From NCBI GenBank assembly GCA_020536535.1, contig JAHLWZ010000812.1, positions 1 through 64,000 of the forward strand: a stretch of DNA of 64,000 bases. The letters run 5' to 3'. This DNA is from Pelomyxa schiedti. Its lineage: Eukaryota > Protista > Evosea. The notes under the pieces are model-generated. The model was not told the origin of the DNA, did not search any database, and saw nothing but the letters and a program-made list of their open reading frames with translations. Both the position numbers and the translations under genes were made by a program. Below are positions 1 to 9,390 of this stretch, in pieces; the stretch's first letter is position 1, and each line of letters begins with the position of its first letter.

Positions 1-291
1 TTTGGAACAGGGTGATCCCGATCTGTGGCTCTCCAAATTGCTCAAAGCGTAACCACTGTGGGGCTTTTCTCCCAAAGTGGACCCATTTACTGGAGGGTGG
101 GAACACTTTGACTTTAGGGTGTTTGGGCACCTCTTCTTAATGATCAGTGTGGCAACGTGGTTGCTGTGCAAGAGCTCGTTCCAGGACCCGGTTCCGGTCA
201 CCCTGCAGAAGAACGGCTCGCCATCGATTGGGAAGCCTTTCCACGAGGTCACGTCGGCTGTCGAAGCTCCCTCCTCCTCTGTGCCTCGCAT
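1..291 (-). CDS. 5' part of unknown repeated-module protein (copy A); runs off the window
   Basis: ATG at 291 gives MRGTEEEGASTADVTSWKGFPIDGEPFFCRVTGTGSWNELLHSNHVATLIIKK. Many differences from the copy at 51447+ are synonymous in this frame (ACC/ACT, GGG/GGA, GCC/GCT, ATT/ATC, AAG/AAA). Confidence 0.65.
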   Translation of the reverse strand, partial: MRGTEEEGASTADVTSWKGFPIDGEPFFCRVTGTGSWNELLHSNHVATLIIKKRCPNTLKSKCSHPPVNGSTLGEKPHSGYALSNLESHRSGSPCSK

Positions 292-1070
292 CGTCGTTGT
301 TTTGTGTTGTGTTGGGCCAAAGAAGAAGAAATTTTTTGTCACCATACATAATACCATTCTTTGAACCCATTTCTTTCTTGTACTTTTGCGAACCGCAGTC
401 ACCTTCAAAGATACATGGATCATTTTTTATGCGAAGATGTAGTTTTACTCTTCTTCGTATAAATTTATACGAAGCCGGAAAGAGTTTTCCTCCTTCGAAG
501 CTTCCACATTCTTCACAATGACAAAAGCAGTTGCAATCCCTCAACTTATAAGCAGGGGAAAGTACCGGTAACAAAATAAATTTGTTTAAAACAAAACACA
601 ACGAAGACGACGATTGTTATGCGACGGAAGTGGGCTGGGAACGACACATGCCGTCTTCGTTACAGCACCCTGCGTTTTTCTCTCTTTTTTTTCTTTGTGG
701 GCATTGGGGCCTTTCAGTGTTTTACTTTCGAAAACCGCAGGTTAACGTGGAGGATTTATCGTTTTTTTTTTTTTTTGGCAGTGTGGGGTGGAAATGGCCA
801 TTGGTCAATGTGCCTGGCTGCTGGGACCGAGCTCGCACAAGGGAGACCTACGGGAACTAGGCTCCCTTTGGCTTGGTCTTGTCTTCCGCTGTCTCCAATG
901 GCCATGGAAGCCCCACGTTTTCTTTTTTTCTTCTTTTTGGTTTCATCGGTTTTTCCATTCGGCCTACATAGTGCATCATATCAAACAGCATCAGTTCGAA
1001 GTATTTTCACCAGGTTGTTATGCGTTTTCCTCTTTCGTAACTAACTGGGTGGTTTCCAAGTCGTTGAATG
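122..1070. repeat. Dispersed inverted repeat; partner at about 50715-51617
   Basis: Long near-identical blocks in reverse complement, e.g. 783-916 vs 50838-50972 and 340-560 vs 51220-51420. Weaker similarity continues to about 1475 vs 50565-50680. Confidence 0.95.
783..916 (+). ncRNA. Predicted structured RNA element, copy A (single X/Y motif)
   Basis: Nested helices GTGGGG 783-788/CCCCAC 911-916; ATGGCCATTGG 794-804/CCAATGGCCAT 895-905; GACCGAGC 825-832/GCTTGGTC 871-878; AAGGGAG 839-845/CTCCCTT 862-868; CCTA/TAGG. Motif Y at 812-824 faces a degenerate X at 879-889. Confidence 0.6.
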
Positions 1071-1720
1071 ATGTCCTACATAGTTTTCTCCGGCGCACTT
1101 GCGTACTATCGCAGTCTTTGCTTGTAGCTGAACTCGAGTACATTCAGGTTTTCTTGTTTAGTTTTTCTGACTTTGACTGACTGAGTCATTTTACAGCTTT
1201 GTGAGGCCTCTTGTCACCCTGAAATTCGGAAATTGCTTGAATGGGAACACTCTAAGAAAGAATCTTTGACCTTTTCGCGCAAGGTAGTTGTGTTTAATCT
1301 TTCATCCTAACTGGTTTTTAGTGTTACGAATGAATACATATGTGCGACTTGGTTTTCTATGCTCACTTGAGAGGTCGTGTTCCATTAGAATAGTTCAGGT
1401 TTGCTTGTTCACTTTTTCTTTCTTTTACTTACGCAGTTTTGTCCAGAACGGAAGTGAGGCTTCTTGTCACGTTCTTGTTGTCACACTCTTGGCCTCTCGA
1501 ACCATTGTTCTGTGTAGAACCCACCGGCAAACTTCAGAACTGTGCTCCATTTTTGAACAAAAGACCAGTTTTTTAACATGTTAAATGTTAACCAAACCAA
1601 CGTTTTATTTTTTCTTTCAAGTCCAAATCGGACTTTGTTGTTCCTCTCGGAGGAGACTAACTTGGCGCGTTCTATCTGTGCTGTCTCAGACCATGTAAAT
1701 GGGGATAACCTGCGAGTCCA
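1040..1720 (+). other. Probable spliced transcript downstream of the structured element; coding status unclear
   Basis: CAG|gtttt...tttacag intron-like segments; exons can join as FLRRTCVLSQSLLVAELEYIQ|LCEASCHPEIRKLLEW. Internal duplication 1140-1240 vs 1395-1475. Homologous segments at 47740-47860 and 50565-50680 on the minus strand. Confidence 0.35.
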
Positions 1721-1780
1721 CGCAAGCTTAATTTAGTAAAAGTGCAGAATGGTCCATTTTATAATCCTGGTTCTGCACTA

Positions 1781-2861
1781 CTACAGGCACTTCTTTTTGG
1801 AATGATGAGGCTTGGGTGTGTCTCCGTTTGCTGACAGCGCCTGATTTGCACAGACCAAATCGTGAACAACTTCACCAAGAACCAGCCCAACGGCATTGAA
1901 TGCCAAATCGGATATTCTCCCATACCAGTAACTGCACTCCGGATTATATCCCATCCACTTTGCACTGTAAAAAGTCAATTAAAAGCTAGCACAAGTTGGG
2001 CAACCTTGTGAGATTGTACCGTAGCTGCCTCAGTTTGTGTTGAACCTCAAAGTTGCGTGATGTCGCCTCAAGCACCTCCCAAAAAATTCCGCAAACGGTT
2101 AATGCCCTCATGTGCCCTGGGAACAACACGCCTTGCGTAAAGTACAAAACAACATGAAGCATTGCCCACCCGTCAAAAGCTGCGGTTGCACCACACCCCT
2201 GCACGGAAGTACTGGTACTCCTCCTATTTGCTCTCAACTCATTCGCCGCAACCTCCTTATACGAACCAACATCAGCCTTTCCGCAGCCACAACTCTCACA
2301 ACACTTTCCACTATCACTTGCACCACCACTACAGCGGTACAGAGTAGCTTCATCAGTAGTAGGTGCAGGAACAGCTTCCAATACAGAATCCTGAGAAGAC
2401 AATGGGTACTGAGAATCTGCCAACAGTGATGATGCACAACAGGGATGCACGGAATCAAATGCAACCGACGCCGCCGGGGGTCGAACTCGCGACCCCGAGG
2501 TGTGCGATGACCCACAAGAGACACCAACGGGCGCGCTAGACTCAGCCTCCACATCAGGGGCGGGGCTCTCCCATAATGGCGCAAACGGGGCGCGCAGGGG
2601 GTCGGGCCTGTCGGCCGGCTTGAACACCGCCCAATAGCACATGATCCACAGGAGCCCGCACATGAACACCGTCGCCGGCGTGGCCCGGAAGCCTCCCATA
2701 ATCCTCACCGACGGAAGGCGCCAAACTGCACGCCGCACCGCGTGGCCCGCGATCCAGGCGACGTCGCAAAGCACACCCCAAGCGTTCGACCAGAATTTCG
2801 TTGTCGTGTGCGTCCCACAAGAAGATGTTTTCACGTCCGCGTTGCCCTCAGTGTCAGCCAT
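1781..2861 (-). CDS. Hypothetical multi-pass membrane protein (loosely VanZ-like H...WE...D pattern)
   Basis: Long ORF plus 3' exon; hydrophobic segments and motifs GWAMLHVVLYF, GIFWEVLE, YWYGRISDLAFNAVG. Confidence 0.6.
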
Positions 2862-3001
2862 TATCACTTTGCAACATTACGTAGCAAATCCAGACCGCCA
2901 ACCTCTCTTGTGCTGCGTATTACTCACCAGAAAGAAAACACATGATCATCAAAAAAAAGTGGCTTTTTGTCATCCAAAGGGTAGGAGCTGACTTACTTAT
3001 T

Positions 3002-3020
3002 GTTAGGGTTAGGGTTAGGG
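3002..3020 (+). repeat. Interstitial G(TTAGGG)3
   Basis: gttagggttagggttaggg seen directly. Confidence 0.9.
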
Positions 3021-3204
3021 CAGACCTGCCCCACACGACAGTCTTCCGCTTCACTCATCTCCCAACTGGCACTGTCATTTTCCCGTTTGTTCTTTACGTA
3101 GTCTTGATTGCTAAAAACAGTGGACGTATTCCTTTACCAAGGTGATGCGCGCACGTGACCAAGTATGTGCATTGGCATTTACTTCGCGTGCACGGGGTCA
3201 GGTG

Positions 3205-4190
3205 CTACCACGCGGGTGGTAATGCGTACTGGGAACGGCTGGGTTCTGGTAGATGGATGGTGTCAGTGGCCGCGAGGTTTCGGTTATGCATGACAAGACC
3301 GGCGATCCGTTCTATGCGATGAACCACAAATGAGCAATGGCTGGAAATTGTGTACGTAATGTTGCTGGCCTCGGACCAAGTTTTCAGTCCACTACCTTGG
3401 TTTACAATTCAACAAGGAAAATCCTTCAGAACTATTCACACGACATTGGCACCACATACCATTCCTGGCAGCCACACTAGAAGTCCTAGACTCACTTCCA
3501 CCTCACTCTCTGTCTGCCCAACAAAAACTTAGACCTACTTGTACCAAACACCTTGCAAGTTATAAAATAAGAACTTAATTGTTTGTGTTAGTTCTCTCTT
3601 TGGTTGCACAAGGGTAGGAAGTACAACTCGAGGGCGCTCAATTGGGTCTTGCACCTGGGGGTGCCGTAAGAGCAAGATTTGTTGCGATAGTGGGGATATG
3701 GAGCACGGGAAGGAATCCTCCTCTCAATGTAAATAAAAAGGGATATAAAACTTGGCAAAGATACCTTTTTGACTTGTTAATCTCAGCTGGCTGCTTTCAT
3801 TTCGTCCGCTCCAAAAAGCTCTGTAAACCACGTAAAGAGCGGGAAAGGAAGAGTTTGAGTGCAAAAGTGATGCGTTGGTTGTGTTTGAACAGGCTGCTGG
3901 GCGAAGTTACCCAACAGCTCACAGCAGCCTGTCACTGGTGTAGAGGCAACCGTGGGCTCGAGTTCACCAAGAATAGCACCACGTTGTGACTTCTCTTTGG
4001 TGTTTTGCAAATTTGTTGTTGTTGCGATGGGAATGGATGGAACTTGCCAAGCAGTAAACGCAATGATTGAAGCAAACTCAGTGCTTAATGTACCATAAAA
4101 TGCGATCACCATAACATGTTGCACTGTCGTATATGCGTCTACCCTCGCGTTGTAGCCTTTGTTGGTGGTCCAATGCCGCACCACTGCCGC
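3205..4190 (-). CDS. Possible hypothetical spliced gene; start codon not found
   Basis: Open exon-like segments between GT..AG gaps (ALDHQQRLQRE|ALSLLQSLRLLLGKF...; ...SQYALPPAW*). No recognisable domain. Confidence 0.3.
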
Positions 4191-4478
4191 TGTCGGTTTT
4201 TTTCTTTTTTTTTGGCCCCTTTGGCCCTGTGCGCTTTGGTTTCCAGGGAATTCCCATGTTGCGAAAATTTCGAAAGTGACCTTGATGAAATATTTTCGGA
4301 GAAGCACGGAATCGTGTGTTTCCCCGCGTCTCTGCCGGGAGGGCGTTTCTGTTCGGTGTTGTTTCTCGACTTTTGACTGAGTGGTGAAGGTCAGTGGCCC
4401 GCTGGGTGAAGATGGGCATTAGCCCGTTTGGATTTATTATTTGTTTACTACCCACCTCAAGGCCTTCCTGTTTAGAGG

Positions 4479-7400
4479 TTATGAGCCAGGGGCAGGAGGT
4501 AACAGTGGAGGTGATCCCATAACTACATAGCTGGCACCCCTTGAAAGGGCACCGCCCGATGTTCCTGGCCGCGAGTTACCCGGTGTGCTGCGGCACTTTG
4601 AGTGCGCGGTCGCCGCGGTTGTCATTGCAGTTGTTGCTGTGGCTGCTGTTGTTGAATTGATGGCGGCGGTGCTGGCCCCTGTTGGGATTATGGTTGCTGT
4701 TGTTGTAGTTGTTGCTGCCGATGTGACTTGGGAGCGCGGTGGGTGCAAATAGTGGGGAGTGGTTGCGGGGCTTTTGTGATTGTGGGATGCTGCGGCGGCC
4801 GTTGTCGACGTTCGGGGAGTCGAGGGCTTGGAGTGGCTTGGAGTCGACGGCTGGCTGACGAGGTTTTGCCAGCGTTCGAGGTTGGAGGCGAGGTTGTTTT
4901 TCATCGTGGTTGTCAATTGTGGGTCTATCATTTTCGCAACGCTTTCGAATAGGGGAGTTACGACGAACCTGGGAATTTTGTTTGTTGGTGAGTTGGGTGG
5001 AGGAAAGGAATTGTGGGAATTACTGAATAAATGTGCATTGGCACTTGGGTACGTGCGGAGTATTCCTATCCATAAATGGTGATTTGGGGAGGTTGTATTT
5101 CTCTTCTTGGTCTCCTTGTTGGAAACATTCTTCAACAACCAGAGTAGTCCATTTGGAGGCAGTGTTCCATTCTCTTGTTTGATTGGAAATATCAGCCATT
5201 TTGAGAATGATTTGAAGTACACTTGTAAGGTCACTCTAGGGTTTTTTTTTTTTTTTGTTTAGTTATAATTGGCACAGGAGATGCCCCCAGTAAGAAGTAC
5301 CTTGTTGGACAAATTAAAGCCATCCACAGACTGCTTGGATTTAAAGAAACTGAGTAATTCTACATGCTTGGACATACTGAGCACAAAAAAAACCAAACGT
5401 AGTAGGGATGTCAGTCAGTTAGTGATAAGGGAAGGAAGTTTTTACTCTGTTGCCAGTATCAGGCTTGTAACTTGCTTGTGGAATTCTAAAAAGTCTTCCT
5501 TTTTTGTGTTAGAAAGGTGAAATTGCACATCTAAATTGGATGCAGTCGTGTTATTACCGACGAAAAAAATGAGAGCCAATTGAAGCCACTGTGAAGAGTA
5601 AACTCGAATGCTTCATGAACATGCATGTTTTCAAGAACCTAAAAATCAGTTGGTTGTGCCCTTGTTGGTGGTGATGCATACTGAAATTCCATTGTATGTT
5701 AGGGCCAGAGGATCAAATATTCGATAAAGGAAGTTATTGCTGCGTGTGAGTGAATGTTAAATGGATGTCTGAATGAGGAAACTGGTTTACTAACTTAACA
5801 CCAGGGTGTGCCAGGTCGTGAACAATGGCACTGAACAGGAGACTGAGAACCGAAAGCGGGGAAAGAAGTTCGCGGTCAACAAGATTCAGTAGCATCACAT
5901 GACAAGCTTGCAAAACATCAGCTGCGTGCACAACGTTGTGGTATGGATTGCTGAGATACCTAATAACATCACTAAGGATACCAAAAAGAAAATAAGGATC
6001 AAGCAATACCCTCGTGTCACGCCATCCAACCATGACATCAGTGTGCCCTCATCAATATTGAATTTATTAAACAAGCCATGCCTCCGAAAAATTGAAGGAA
6101 CCAATTTACCCAAAATTTGATCTGGCAAATGTTTGTTAACTAAAAGAAATGGAATTGCATAAAGAAGAGAAAGGTGTGTAGTACCAGGGGCATATTCAAA
6201 TGCTGAAAAACCCCATTCATCCATGGTCCCAAATACAACAGGCTCCAGATTGTCATCACAGAAACTGAAAAAAAGCTGAGAATACTCTTCCATATAGACA
6301 AAGTTCCACCATACCTCTCACTTTGAAGTGTGTCTTCCTTGATATCTTCTTCTTGTTTCATCTGAGGGGAAATAAGTTGTTCCACTAGGTAGGCATTCAC
6401 TTCTGAATCGAAATCTGCCCGAACGCAGATTGGAAAATTAACAGACGAGAGTAATGCGCATACTTGCAAGGCAGGCTTTTTTCTGAGCAATGTAGTCCAC
6501 TCTGTGAAGCCCATTAGTGGCGATTAATTGAATAATTTTCTCCAGAGAGAGCTTGTCATCCGCTTCAAGTGCTTCAGGAGGGAAAGTTTAGATGAAAATG
6601 TTATTTGGGTGTTTTTGAGGGGTAATACTTTTCTTCTTCGTGATGGCACTGAGTTTCTTAATGGCAGCTTCGGCTGGAGTTTTGAACAGTTGTGCACCCG
6701 TGAGTGGTTGTGACAGAACGGCTACCTGCGGCATATCGTTGAGTCTCGTGTGGTACATATTCACAACTAACCTTGTGTTTGAAGTAACGAATCACCAACA
6801 AAAGTGCCGTTACCGTGACCAGGAAGACCAGTGCTACTGCTCCCCCAACTGAAGCACTCACTTTGATTGTCATGGTATCAGCTATAAAATAGTTTCCTCA
6901 GATGCGAAGAATCGTGGAAGGTGTACATACCACTCAGTGACAGTAGAACGGAGTAACGTGAGTTGAAGCATAAACTGAACGTTGTTACGGCATCTCTAAC
7001 TTTGAACCAGAGTCTGTTTGTGTAAGGGAGGTGACCATTGAATGTAAAGAGTATGACTGAGCTTTCTCCTCCATAGAGTAGAATATCTTCAGAGAAGTTA
7101 CCTTTTTTTTCAGGGAGAGGGAAAATTAGTATTTAATGAGGGAGAAAGTATTCTACTGGATAGCACAGAGCCGACGTCTTCTAGGGATATCCAAACAGGA
7201 ATTATTCCAGTGTTGTTAAGAGAGACAGTAAAGGACACAGGGCTACTTCTTGTAGTTAACTGTACAGTAGCAGGCTCCACACTGAACACAACCCCTGCAG
7301 CACGTTAGAGTCATCTTAAAGAAGAATACTAATGTCATAATTACAACCTGACAGTATTTCTGAAGATGGTGCCGCAACAACAACTGTCCAAGGAAGCATA

Positions 7401-9073
7401 TCAAGGGGGTGGTGTGCAAAGATCCACATAGATCCATTTAGATAGATTTCACTGTAGCCATAGGCATCCAATGTAGACAGGAACTAATGGATTGTTATTT
7501 GGAGGGAAAAGCTTACTAATACCTCAGAAAAATTGGCTTGTGCTGATGTGAGGAAAGGAAGACTCCGACTGGAGAAGTTGAAACTTGGTCCAAATAACAA
7601 AGGAAAGGCCCAAAGATTGGCAGAGATAACATAACCCTGATCAGATACCAGCATAGAAAAACCTAACGAATAATAAATATTGTTTGCTTTTGAATTGTTA
7701 TCCACCATACCACTTGGTGTCGTGACAACACTGGTTAGAAGGGAGCAGGTCTTTTGCAGTGATAGTGTAATGCCAGTTGCAGCAATGAACTTATTGTTTT
7801 TGTCATAAACTTGTTTACCCACTTGCATAAACATTTCTAGGCATGTTCAGTTCACAGTAGTACTTAGGGGAGGGTAAGCTTACCAAGTATAGTAAAGTAG
7901 GGATCAGTCCAGACAACTACGTTTGCAGGATTGTTTTCTGGAGTAGCCATGGGCCAGAACAGTGGTTGATAATCAGGTAAATTCATATATTCCCCTGCAG
8001 TCAATCCAAGTGACCTCCACCCTTGCCAAGGGTATACGAATGTACTAATCGGGTTACTCAAAACTCGGGAAGTCTGAGGGAAGAATACGTGTAAGAGTAT
8101 TCATTGGCCAGACCCCACATTCTCAGTGCTCCGTCGATGGAAAGAGAGACGGGAATATATATGGATCCAAGGTGTCTGTTGAGAGCCATCATTTTGCTTG
8201 TCGTGCAGTAACGTTCGCAAGGAATTCCAGTGGCTTCGTCTGTGATATTAATTGGTAAAGGACAACTAAAAGTTGATCCTGAGTACCAGGGTAGAACTTT
8301 TCCAAGAACTTTAACCAATAAGGGTTGCACTCACAGGGAGCTGATCGATTAACTGGGATAGGCTTCAGAGTACTGCTTCGCACAAAAGCCTTATTGAGTG
8401 TCAAGAAAGGTAGGAAGGTTGGTTTCAAGAACCTCCTGAGTCCTATTTGCACTTTTATCCACACCACTGCCAGCAATTGTGCTGGTATTTGGCATGATTG
8501 TGATGTGGTCATACATGTAGCTTTTCTGGATCTCAAGTTCAATAGCGTCCGCATTTTCATCAATGAACAACAACATTGACGCAGCAATATCTATATACTT
8601 GAAAGCATTTAGACACCTGTGAACATCACAACACTCTACACCAACAGCAATTTTTTTAAAAAAACAAAAGCAAAAACGAAAAGGAAAAAAAAAAAAAAAA
8701 AGGAAAAAGAAAAAGGAAAGACAGAAACATTTTCGAGCTGCACAAAAGGTGGTTGTATCTCAGCCACAGTCTGCTTAGTTAGGGACAGCAGACCCTCCAG
8801 CGTACACACCCCCCACTTCCCCCCAACTACGGTCCCCTTCCCCGTGTCCCTCTCCTCCTTCTCCTCCACCTGCTGGTCCCTGTCCCCCTCCCACACCCCC
8901 TTCTCCCTCTCCCCCAACCTCCATCCGCCAGGCACCACCCCCCTATTCCCCCCGTGCACTCCCGCGGCGGCTGCCCCCGGTGCCCCGGCCCACCGCAGGA
9001 GAAAAAGGAACCCCGCGAGTACCACCACCACCCGATTGGCAGGAAAAACAGATGCGGCGGAGGCTCCTCCCAT
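4479..9073 (-). CDS. Membrane-anchored class I cyclic-nucleotide phosphodiesterase with dCache-like extracellular region
   Basis: PDE motifs YHNVVHAADVLQ and LLFSAIVHDLAHPG, then EECFQQGDQE and FVVTPLFE. N-terminal hydrophobic segment; Cache-like WTDPYF...FIAATGITLSL...FSMLVSDQGYVIS; TM GGAVALVFLVTVTALLLVI. Confidence 0.85.
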
Positions 9074-9390
9074 CGTTGGTCGTTGGGTGTGTGCGCGCTT
9101 GTTTGTTTCGCCAATCGGTTTTGTTTTGCCCTTTTGTGTTTGGGTTTTCCGATGGTTGGCTTTAGGGGTGCTGCTGTGGAGCTCTAGTATTTCGTGAAGC
9201 GCGGGTTGGTCCAGGGTTCCCTAAATGAACGAGGTGCATTTGCTGATGATGTTTACACCATTAACGGCTGATCATTCCTTTTTCAGCGAACGCTTGCATC
9301 AACATCACATAAAAGTGTGGTCTTACGCAACAAAAAAGACTAAATTTACCCACTAGTGAATTTGGAAGTCAAGGCCGTTCGGTAGAGAAT

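Noticed and set aside
453-474. True loxP site or vector contamination
   Set aside because: Only 9 of 13 arm bases match, the spacer is 4 bp, and it sits in a native repeat whose paralog lacks the second arm.
137-601. 154-aa minus-strand ORF as the real protein
   Set aside because: The paralog at 51220-51600 has stops and frameshifts in this frame; synonymous changes support the frame starting at 291.
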